Below are positions 1-14,220 of a stretch of 64,000 nucleotides of DNA, piece by piece. The notes below the pieces were generated by a model. The model saw only the letters and a list, made by a program, of their open reading frames with translations, was not told the origin of the DNA and ran no database searches. Numbering within the stretch: the stretch's first letter is position 1; each line of letters begins with the position of its first letter. The DNA comes from the human T2T-CHM13v2.0 reference genome, Homo sapiens, in the NCBI RefSeq assembly GCF_009914755.1, contig NC_060926.1; one strand, 5' to 3'. The position numbers and the translations under genes were made by a program.

Positions 1-1258
1 CTCAAGTCTTCAATTCATCTTGAGTTGATTTTTGTATATGATGTAAGGAACAGGTCCAGTTTCAATCTTCTGCACTTGGCTAACCAGTTATCCCAGTACC
101 ATTTGTTGAACAGGGAGTCTTTTCCCCATTGCTTATTTTTGTTGAATTTTTTGGAGATCAGATGGTTGTAGGTAGATGGCATTATGTCTGGTCTCTCTAT
201 TCTATTCCATTGGTCTATGTATTTGTTTTTTGTACCAGTACCATGCTGTTTTGGTTACTGTAGACTTGTAGTATAGTTTGAAGTCAGGGAACATAATGCC
301 ACCAGCTTTGTTCTTTTTGCTTAGGGTTGCTTTACTATTTGGGCTCTTTTTTGGTTCCATATGCATTTTTAAATAGTTTTTTTTTAAATTCTGTAAAGAA
401 TGTCATTGGTCATTTGATAGGAATAGCATTGAATCTATAAATTGCTTTGGGCAGTGTGGTCATTTTAGTAATATTGATTCTTCCTACCCATCAGCATGGA
501 ATGTTTTTCCACTTGTTCATGTCATCTCTGGTTTCTTTCAGCAGTGTTTTGTAATTCTTGTTGTAGAGTTCTTTCACCTCCTAGGGTAGCTGTTTTCCTA
601 GGTATTTTTTTCTTTTTGTGACTATTGTGAATGGGATTGAGTTCTTGATTTGGCTCTCAGCTTGGACATTCTTGGTATACAGAAATTCTACTAATTTTTG
701 TATCCATAAACTTTGCTGAAGTTGTTTATCAGATCATGGAGCTTTTGGGAAGAAACTACAGGATTTCCCAAGTATTGAATCATATAATCTGTGAGAAGAG
801 AGAGTTTGATTTTCTCTTTCTATTTAGATGATTTTTATTTCTTTCTCTTTCCTGATTGCACTGGCAAGGAGTTCCAATTTTGTGTTAAATAGGAGTGGTG
901 AGAGTGGGCATCCTTGTCTTCTTCAAGTTCTCAAGGGGAATGCTTCCAGCTTTGGACTATTCAGCATGATGTTGGCTGTGGCTTTGTCATAGATGCTTCT
1001 TATTATTTGTAGCTATGTTCCTTCAATGCCTAGTTTGTTGAAAGTTTTTAACAGGAAGGGATGTTGAATTTTATCCAAAGCTTTTTCTGCCTCTATTGAG
1101 ATGATCCCGTGGTTTTGTGTTTAGTTCTGTTTATGTGATGAATCACATTTATTGATTTGCGTATGTTGGGCCAACTTCATATCCAAAGGATAAAGCCTAC
1201 TCGATAGTGATTGATTAGTTTTTGATGTTCTGCTGGATTCAGTTTGCTAGTATTTTGT
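1..1258 (-). mobile_element. Old L1PA (L1PA13-16/L1P4-like) ORF2 segment; sense arm of a 5'-inverted L1
   Basis: The reverse complement reads as the L1 ORF2 RT/post-RT region (e.g. gtgagagtgggcatccttgtctt, cagtttgctagtattttg). It runs off the left edge. Confidence 0.85.
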
Positions 1259-1670
1259 ACCAAATACACTCTTGAACCACAGTGCAATAAAAATGTAAAT
1301 CAATACTAAGAAAATCACTCAAAACCATGCAACTACATGGAATTTAAACAAGGTTTAATTCCTGCTCCTGAATAACTTTTGGGTAAAAAATGAAATTAAG
1401 GCAGAAATCAAGAAATTCTTTGAAACCAGTGAGAACAAAGACACAACATACCAGAATCTCTGGGACATAGCTAAGGCAGTGTGAAGAGGGAAGTTTATAG
1501 CACTAAACAACCACATCAAAAGGAAAGATCTCGAATTAGCAAATTAACATCACACCTAGAGGAACTAGAGGAACAAGAAAAATACAACTCCACAGTTGGC
1601 ATAAGACAGGAAATAACCAAAATATAAGAGCCGAACTGAAGGAAACTGAGATGCCAAAAACAATATAAAG
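1259..1670 (+). mobile_element. Inverted arm of the same old L1PA, part 1 (end of ORF2 endonuclease domain)
   Basis: accacagtgcaataaaa...cataccagaatctctgggac...aggcagtgtgaagagggaagtttatagcac matches the ORF2 EN/Z region. It continues after the nested insert at ~5821. Confidence 0.85.
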
Positions 1671-4600
1671 GCAGAGCAAGATGGTAGAATAGAAGTTTCC
1701 GTTGCTCATCCTCCATGCAAGGACAGAAATTTAAGAACTGTCTACACACAAATAAAAGTACCTTCGTAAAAACCCCAAACCTAATGAGCACTCACAGTAC
1801 CTGGTTTTAACTTCATATCACTTAAACAGGCACTGAAGAAGTAGAAAAAAAAAAAGGCTTCAATTGCTGATGCCACTGTTTCCCCCAAACCCCACCCTGG
1901 GCAGCAGCAGTATGGTGCAGAGAGAGACTTTATGTGCTTGAGAGAGGGAGAGTGTACCAATAATGAGACACTGCATTGAATTCAGTGCCTCCCTGTTATA
2001 GCAGGAAGTAAACCAGACCCAACTCAGCTGACATCAACCCATGGAGGGAGTATTTAAACCAGCCCTAGGCAGAGGAGAATTGCCCATCCCAGCAGTCAGA
2101 ATTTGAGTTTCTGCAAGCCTTGCCACCTCAGGCTGGAGTGCTCTGGGGCTCTAAATAAATTTGAAAGGCAGTCTAGGCCACAAGGACTGCATCCCTAGGC
2201 AGGTCCTAATGCTGAACTAGGCCCAGAGCCAGTGGACTGGGGGTTTGGAGGCACACAATTTACTGATCCACCAGCTGGGGCAGCTAAGGGAGTGCTGACA
2301 TCACCCTTTCCTTAACCCCAAGCTGCACATCTTTCAGCTCCAAAGAGATTCCTTCTTTCTAGTTGAGGAGAGGAGAGGGAATTGTGGGAATAATTGTGTA
2401 TTGCATCTTGGATACTAGCTGAGCCTCAGTAGGATACAGCAACAGTCAGACTTATGAAGACTCATTTCCAGGCCCTAGATCCTGTTCATTTCTACACACA
2501 TCCTAAATGAGAAGGGAACCCACTGCCTTGAAGGGAAGAGCCCAGTTCTGGCAACATTCATCACCTGCTAACTGAAGAGCCTTTAGGCCATGAATAACTA
2601 GTAGTGATACCCAGGTACTACATGCAGGGTGTTGGGTGAGTCTGAGATTTGCAGGCTTCAGGGGAGACTCGGCACATTGCCAGCTTTAGTGACTGACTAT
2701 GGAGAGAGACTCCTTCGGCTTGAGAAAAATGGAGGGAACAGTAAAGGGGACTTCGTTTTACACCGTAAGTACTAGCTCTGCCACAAGGGGATAGAGCACT
2801 AAGCAGGCTCTTGGGATCCCCAGTTGTAGGCCTTTGCTCTTGGACAGCATTTCTGGACTTGCCCTGGCCCAGAGGGGAGCCCCAAAGGGTGAGTCCTAGT
2901 CCAGGCAGCATTCACCACAAGCTGATCAAAGAGCCGTTGGACCTTAACAGAACATCAGCAGTAGCCCAGCAATACTCCCAATGGGCCTATGGTGGGTGGG
3001 GGCCACGGGGTAAGAATCCTCTGTCTTTGGAAAGCAGAGAGAAGAGTGGGAAGGTCTGCATCTTGTGGCTTGAGTGCCAGCTCAGCTGCAGTACAATAGA
3101 ACATCAGGTAGACTTCTAAGCTTTTTGACTCTACTCCTTCTCTCCCAGATGGCATCTTTGGACCCACCTGAGGCCTCAGGGAACTTGTCACCCTGAAGAT
3201 AAGGATGCAAGCCTGGCTGGCTTTGCAACCTGATGATTGTAGAGCCCCAGGCCCTTGAGCAAACATAAGCCACAGCCAGGGAGTGGTTACAGCAGGCCTT
3301 GGGGTAAGACCCAGTGCTGTAGTGACTTCAGCTCTGATCCAGTGCAGTCCTGGTGGTGCTGGCAACAGGGTTGCTTGTGTCACACCACCCCTGCTTCCTG
3401 GTGGCTTAGAACTGAAAGAGAGCTTCTGTTTGTTTGGAATAGAGTAAGGGCAGAGAACAAGAGTATCTGCCTAGTAATGAAGAGAATTCTGGATCTTGTC
3501 CAAGACCTTGTACCTCTGTAAGTCTATAAGAACTACAGTGTTAATGGTCTTGGGGTGCCCCTGAAAGCAGATACAAATTAGATCACAACATCCGAGTCCT
3601 TTTGAACATCTGCAAAGCCTTCTGAAGAAGGATGGGTACTAACAAGCCCAAACTGAGAAAAATACAATAAATACCTAACTCTTCAATGCCCAGACACCAA
3701 ACAATATCTACAAGCATCAACATCATCCAAGAAAACATGACCTCACCAAATGAACTAAATAAGCCTCTAGGGACCAATCCTGAAGCAACAGAGATATATG
3801 ACCTTTCAGACAGACAATACAAAATATCAGTTTTGAGGAAACTCGAGGAAATTCAATATAACAAAGAGAAGAAACTTAAGATTCTATCAAATAAATTTAA
3901 CACAGACATTGAAATAATTAAAAAGAATCAAACAGAAATCCTGGAACTGACAAATGCAATTGGCATACTTAAGAATGCATCAGAATCTTTTAATATGAGG
4001 ACTATCAAGCAGAAGAAAGAATGTGTGAGCTTAAAGATAGGCTATTTGAAAATACATAGACATAGGAGACACAATAAAAAAAGGTTAAAAAATGAAGCAA
4101 GCCTACAGGATTTAAAAATAGCCTCGGGGCAAATCTGAGAATTTAAAGAAGAGGTAGAGAAAAAGATAGGGATGTAAAGAATATTCAAAGGGATAATAAC
4201 AGAGAACTTCCCAAACCTAGAGAAGGATATCTATATCCAAGTACAAGAAGGTTATAGAACACCAAGCAGATTTAACCCAAAAAAGACTATCTGAAGACAT
4301 TTCATAATCAAACTCCCAAAGGTTAAAGATAAAGAAAGGATCCTAAAAGCAGCAAGAAAAAAGAAACAAATAACATACAATGCAACTCCTCCAATACATC
4401 TGGCAGCAGACTTCTCAGTGGAAACTTTACGGGCCAGCAGAGAATGGCATGACATATTTAAAGTGCTGAAGGAAAAAAAAGAAAAAAAACTTTTTACCTT
4501 TGAATAGTATATCTGGAAAAAAGAAAAAAAAAATTCTTCAAACATGAAGAAATAAAGACTTTCCCAGACCAACAAAAGCTGAAGGATTTCATCAACACCA

Positions 4601-5804
4601 GACTCCAAGAAATGCTAAAGGGAGTACTTCAATCAGAAAGAAAAGGACATTCATGAGCATTAAGTAATCACATGAAGGTACAAAACTCACTAGTAATAGT
4701 AAGAACTACAGCAAAACCCAGAATATTATAACATTCTAACTGTGGTGTTACAGTGTTATTAGAAAACACAAATCTACAAATCCAATCAAAAAATGGGCAA
4801 AATATTTGAATAGACATTTCTTCAAAAAGAAGACAAATTGTGAACAGTTATAGTAAAAAGTTCTCAATATTATTTATTGCCAGGGAAATGCACATCAAAA
4901 CTACAATGAGATATTATCTCACTCCACTTAAAATGGCTTATATCCAAAAGACAGGCAATAAAAAGTGCTGGTGAGGATGCAGAGAAAAGGGAGCCCTTTA
5001 CATTGTTGATGGAAATGTAAATTATTACAACCACGAGGGAGAACAGTTTAGAGGGTCCTCAAACACTAAAAACAGAGCTACCACTCTATTGTATACCAAT
5101 GCCACTCCTAGGTATATACTCAAAAGAAAGCAAATCAGTATATGGCAGAGATATCTGCACCATCATGTTTATTGAAGCACTATTCATAATAGCCAAGACT
5201 TGGAAGCAACCTAAGAATCCATCAACAAAAGAATGGATAAAGAAAACATGGTACATATACACAACGAATTATTCAGTACTAACAAAGAATGATATCCTGT
5301 CACTTGCAACAACACGGATGGAACTGGAGGTTATTATATTAAGTAAAATAAGCCAGGCACCGAAAGACAAATATCACATATTCTACTTATCTGTGGGAGC
5401 TAAGAATTAAAACAATTGAACTCATGGAGATAGAAAGTAGAAGGATGATTACCAGAGGCTGGGAAGGGTAGTCAGTGAGGTAGGGGCGGGGAAGTGAAAA
5501 GTGAGGATGGTTAATGGATGCAAAAAAGTATTTAGACAGAATAAATAAGACCTGGTATTTGCTAGCACAGCAGGGTGACTATAGCAAAAAATAATTTAAT
5601 TTAACATTTAAAAATAACTTAAAAATTATAATTGGATTGTTTAAAACACAAATGATAAATTATTGAGATGATAGATACAATATTTACCCTAATATGATTA
5701 TTACACATTGTATGCCTTATCAAAAAGGCATACGATGTCCCTTGTAACCCATAAATATATACACTTAGTACATACTCACAAAAATTTAAAATGTAAAATT
5801 AATT
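1671..5804 (+). mobile_element. L1MA1-3-type LINE-1 with 5'UTR, ORF1 and 3' end but lacking most of ORF2; nested inside the older L1
   Basis: 5' end gcagagcaagatggtagaatagaag; ORF1 fragments 3686-4660; jump to the ORF2 C-terminus at ~4760; L1MA-type 3'UTR (aacaattgaactcatggagatagaaagtagaagg). Degenerate TSD aaaaacaatataaag / aaaaagaatacaaaag. Confidence 0.8.
3686..4660 (+). pseudogene. Disrupted L1 ORF1p (L1MA type)
   Basis: 150-aa ORF (MPRHQTISTSINIIQENMTSPNELNK...) followed by frameshifted and stop-containing remnants of the ORF1 C-terminal part (ENFPNLEKD, TPSRFNPKK). Confidence 0.75.
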
Positions 5805-5820
5805 AAAAAGAATACAAAAG

Positions 5821-6368
5821 AGTTTGGTTTATTGAGAGAGTAAATAAGATTGATAGACTGATAGCTGGACTAATAAAAAAGAGAGAAGATCCAAATAAAC
5901 ACAATCAGAAATGACAAATGGGACATTACCACCAACTGCAACAGAAATACAAAAACCTCTCAGAGACTACTATAAACACTTTTATGCAAACAATCTAGAA
6001 AACCTAGATGAAATAAAAAAAAATTCTGAAAATATACAAGCTCCCAAGATTGAACCAGGAAGAAACTGAATTCCTGAATGGACAAAAATGAGTTCTGGAA
6101 TTGATTCTGTAATCAAAAGCCTACCAATAACAAAAGGCCCAGGACCAGACAGAATCACTACTAAATTTTACCAGATGTATGAAGAGAAGCTGGTATTATT
6201 CCTACTAAAACTAGTCCAAAAAATTGAGAAGGAGGGATTCTTTCCTAACTCATTCTATGAGGCCAGCATCATCCTGATACCAAGACCTGGCAGAGACACA
6301 ACAAAAAAAGAAAACTTGGGCCAGTATTTTTGATAAATATAGACGCAAAAATCCTCAACAAAATACTA
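5821..6368 (+). mobile_element. Inverted arm of old L1PA, part 2 (ORF2 up to the inversion breakpoint)
   Basis: ORF 6088-6333 ([13 protein letters not shown]...[17 protein letters not shown]). It ends at aatcctcaacaaaatacta, where the minus-strand arm at 1258 begins. Confidence 0.85.
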
Positions 6369-8100
6369 TTTTATCACATATGCAAGTTATAGCATCCACA
6401 CCCAGAGTCAGATACTGAACAGTTTCATTATCACAAGGATCCTTCACGTTTCCTTTTTATAACCATAGTTCCCTCACAGCTAATCCTTGCCCATCAGTAA
6501 TCTGTTGTCTATTTAAAAAAGTTGTCATTTCAAAAGTTATATAAATAAAATCATACAATATTTAACTTTCTGGATTAGCTTTTTTCACCCAGCATAACTT
6601 CCTGAAGATTCATCTAAATAGTAGTGTGAATCAATAGTTCATTCCCTTTTAGTGCTTTTATTATATGGTATGTGTGTTCCATGTTTTTTTGAACATTTAC
6701 CTGTAGAGATACTTCTATGCTAATGCCAATTTTTTACCTATTGTAAGTAAAGCTACTATGAATATTCATGTTCAGGTTTGGGTGTGAATATAAATTTTCA
6801 TTTATCTAGAAAATGTCCAAGAGGGCGATTGTAGAGCAATATGATAACTGCATGTTTAGTTGAAATTAAAAAAATTCTAAACTCTTTCTAGAGTGGCTGT
6901 ACAATTTTATATTCCAAGGAGCAAATATATGAGTAATACAGATCCTTTGTTTTCTCACCTGTATTTGTTGTTGTCACTATTTTTTATTTTAGCTATTCTG
7001 ATAGTTATGCAGTGATATCTCTTTGTGATTTTAACCTGCATTGCTGATCACTAAATGATGTTGAAATCTTTTCATGTGCATATCTGTTATCTGTATACCC
7101 TATTTGGTGAAATGGCAGTTAATATATTTTACCCATTATCTAATTTGATTGCCTTTTTTGTTACATGTTGAGTTTTGAGAGTTATTTTTAATATATTCTA
7201 GATATCAGTTTATTACTGAATGTGTGCTTTGAAAAATGTCTTCTCTCACTCTTTAATTTGGCTTTTATACTTTTTACATGTGTTTCAGACAGTGAAAGTT
7301 TATAATTTTAAAGAGACAAATGTATCTATTTTCTCTGTATGGATTGGCTTATGATATCAAGTCTATGAACTCTTTGCCTAGACCTAGATTTTAAATATTT
7401 ACCATTCTTTTACCAAAAAAACATATTTTACATTTAATTCTATTATAGTCATTTTATATGTCAACTTGATTGAACTACAGGGTGCCCAGATATTTGGTTA
7501 AACATTATTCTGGATATGTCTGTGGGGGTGTTTTTGTATAAGATCAACATTTGAAACTGTAGCCTGAGTAAATTAGAATGCCCTCTCTAATGTGAATGGA
7601 TCTCATTCAATCCACTAGAGGCTTGAAAAGAACAAAAAGGTAGAAGTAGGAAGGATTCTCTTTCTCTGACTTTCTTTGAGCTGAGATATCAGTCTTCTCC
7701 TGCCTTCAGGCTTGAACCCATACTGGAACTTACACCATCAATTGCTCTGTTTCTTAGACCTTCAGATTCAAACTGGAATTTATAATTGTCTTTATACACA
7801 TGTATGTGTATGTAAAAGTATATATGTATGTGTATAGCTTATGTATCTATTATACATACATACATATATATAATATTCTTCTGTTTGTTTCTGTGGAGAA
7901 TACTGTCCAGTGTAAATTCAAAAATTCAATTTGAATTTACTTTTGTGTAAGGTGTGAGGTAGTTTAGATTGAGGTTTCTATGTTTCTTTTTTGTTTAATT
8001 GTTTTGCCTACAAATATATATTGCTCAAGCACAACTTGTTGAAAGGGTAATTAATAATCCTTGGCATTGCTTATTCATCTTTGTCAAAAATCATTTGAAT
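6369..8100 (-). mobile_element. Old L1M (L1MC-like) 3' region, interrupted by MLT2
   Basis: T-rich antisense L1 3'UTR/ORF2-end motifs (tcacaaggatccttcacg, cagcataacttcctgaagattcatc, tagctattctgatagttatgcagtgatatctc). Confidence 0.7.
7441..7914 (+). mobile_element. MLT2 (ERVL) solo LTR, MLT2C/D-like
   Basis: ttttatatgtcaacttgattgaactacagggtgcccagatatttggttaaacattattctgga is the MLT2 5' signature; (TA/TG)-rich 3' part; 5-bp TSD aattc at 7436-7440 and 7915-7919. Confidence 0.85.
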
Positions 8101-8150
8101 TGACATCAAAGGAGCTCCACAAAATGTGATTATAAATAAAAGAAATTAGA

Positions 8151-9157
8151 GGGAGGAGGTTCCAAGGCGGCCGAACAGGAACAGCTCCAGTCTGCAGCTC
8201 CCATTGTGAACGATGCAGAAGATGGGTGATTTCTGCATTTCCAACTGAGGTACCAGGTTCATCTCACTGGGGCTTGTCAGAGAGTGGGTGCAGCCCATGG
8301 AGCAGGGTGGGGCATCACCTCACCTGGGAAGTGCAAGGGGTCAGGGAATTCCCTTTCCTAACAAAGGTAAGCCATGACAGAAGGTACCTGGAAAATTGGG
8401 ACACTACCCCCCAATACTGTGCTTTTCCAACAGCCTTAGCAAACGGCACACCAGGAGATTATATCCCGCACATGGCTCAGAGGGTCCCACACCCACGGAG
8501 CCTCACTCACTGCTAGCACAGCAGTCTAAGATCGAACTGCAAGGCAGCAGCGAGGCTGGGGGAGGGGCGTCCGCCATTGCTGAGGCTTGAGTAGGTAGGT
8601 AAACAAAGCATCCAGGAAGCTCGAACTGGGCGGAGCCCACCACAGCTCAAGGAGGCCTGCCTGCCTCTGTGGACTCCACCTCTAGGGGCAGGGCATAGCT
8701 GAACAAAAGGCAGCAGAAACTTCTGCAGACTTAAATGTCCCTGTCTGACAGCTCTGAAGAGAGTAGTGGTTCTCCCAGCATGGAGTTTGACATCTGAGAA
8801 TGGACAGACTGCCTCCTCAAGTGGGTCCCTGAGCCCCGAGTAGCTTAACTGGGAGACACTTCCCAGTAGGGGCTGACTGACACCTCGTACAGCCAGTTGC
8901 CCCTCTGAGATGAAGCTTCCAGAGGAAGGATCAGGCAGCAACATCTGCTGTTCTGCAATATTTGCTGTTCTGCAGCCTCCGCTGGTGATACCCAGGCAAA
9001 CAAGGTCTGGAGTAGACCTCCAGCAAACTCCAACAGACCTGCAGCTGAGGGTCCTGACTGTTAGAAGGAAAACTAACAAACAGAAAGGATATCCACACCA
9101 AAACCCTGTCTGTATGTAACCATCATCGAAGACCACAGGTAGATAAAACCACAAAGA
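8151..9157. promoter_or_regulatory. L1 5'UTR internal sense and antisense promoter region
   Basis: Complete primate L1PA 5'UTR upstream of the ORF1 ATG (atggggagaaaccag at 9158). Promoter activity is known for the family but not shown for this copy. Confidence 0.6.
8503..8577 (-). pseudogene. Truncated L1 antisense ORF0
   Basis: Minus strand ATG GCG GAC GCC CCT CCC CCA GCC... = MADAPPPASLLPCSSILDCCASSE*, homologous to the ORF0 N-terminus. It stops after 24 codons. Confidence 0.75.
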
Positions 9158-10170
9158 TGGGGAGAAACCAGAGCAGAAAAACTGAAAATTCTAAAAATCA
9201 GAGTGCCTCTTCTCCTCTAAAGGAATGCAGCTCCTGACCAGCAATGGAACAAAGCTGGACGGACAATGAATTTGACAAGTTGAGAGAAGAAGGCTTCAGA
9301 CGATCGGTAATAACAAACTTCTCTGAGCTAAAGGAGGATGTTCGAACCCATTGCAAAGAAGTTAAAAACCTTGAAAAAAAGATTAGACAAATGGCTAACT
9401 AGAATAAACAGTGTGGAGAAGTCCTTAAATGGCCTGATGGAGCTGAAAACCACGGCACGAGAACTACGTGACACATGCATGAGCTTCAGTAGCCGATTTG
9501 ATCAAGTGGAAGAAACGGTACCAGTGATTGAAGATCAAATGAATGAAATGAAGTGAGAAGAGAAGTTTAGAGAAAAAAGAGTAAAAAGAAATGAACAAAG
9601 CCTCCAAGAAATATGGGACTATGTGAAAAGACCAAATCTACATCTGATTGGTGTACCTGAAAGTGATGGGGAGAATGGAACCAACTTGGAAAACACTCTT
9701 CAGGATATTATCCAGGAGAACTTCCCCAACCTAGTGAGGCAGGCCAACATTCAAATTCAGGAAATACAGAGAACACCACAAAGATACTCCTCAAGAGGAG
9801 CAACTGCAACACACATAATTGTCAGATTCACCAGTTGAAATGAAGGAAAAAATGTTAAGGGCAGCCAGAGAGAAACCTCGGGCTGCCCACAAAGGGAAGC
9901 CCATCAGACTAACAACAGATCTCTTGGCAGAAGAGAGTGGGGGCCAATATTCAACATTCTTAAAGTAAAGAATTTTCAACCCAGAATTTCATATTCGCCA
10001 AACTAAGCTTCATAAGTGAAGGAGAAATAAAATCCTTTACAGACAAACAAGTACGGAGAGATTTTGTCACCACCAGACCTGCCTTACAAGAGCTCCTGAA
10101 GGAAGCACTAAACTTGGAAAACTGGTACAGTGGCCTGTACCAGCCACTGCAAAAACATGCCAAATTGTAA
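9158..10170 (+). pseudogene. Disrupted L1 ORF1p
   Basis: Fragments 9338-9556 and 9623-9838 (KRPNLHLIGVPESDGENGTNLENTLQDIIQENFPNL), with premature stops and frameshifts. Confidence 0.9.
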
Positions 10171-10232
10171 AGACCATCAATGCTAGGAAGAACTGCATCA
10201 ACTAATGAGCAAAACAACCAGCTAACATCATA

Positions 10233-13945
<3,713 letters not shown>

Positions 13946-14220
13946 GAAAACCAAACACCGAGTGTTCTCACTCATAGGTGGGAATTGAACAATAAGAACA
14001 CTTGGACACAGGATGGGGAACATCACACACCTGGGCCTATTGTGGGGTTAGGGGAGGGGGGAGGGATAGCAGTAGGAGATATACCTAATGTAAATGACTA
14101 GTTAACAGGTGCAGCACACCAACATGGCACATGTATATATATGTAACAAACCTGCACGTTGTGCACAGGTACCCTAGAATTTAAAGTATAATAAAAAATT
14201 TAAAAAAAAAAGAAATTGGA

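Noticed and set aside
8513-9154. 213-aa minus-strand ORF (and the similar 45737-46201)
   Set aside because: Antisense reading of the GC-rich L1 5'UTR; such ORFs are common in L1PA copies and it has no ATG-led coding signature.
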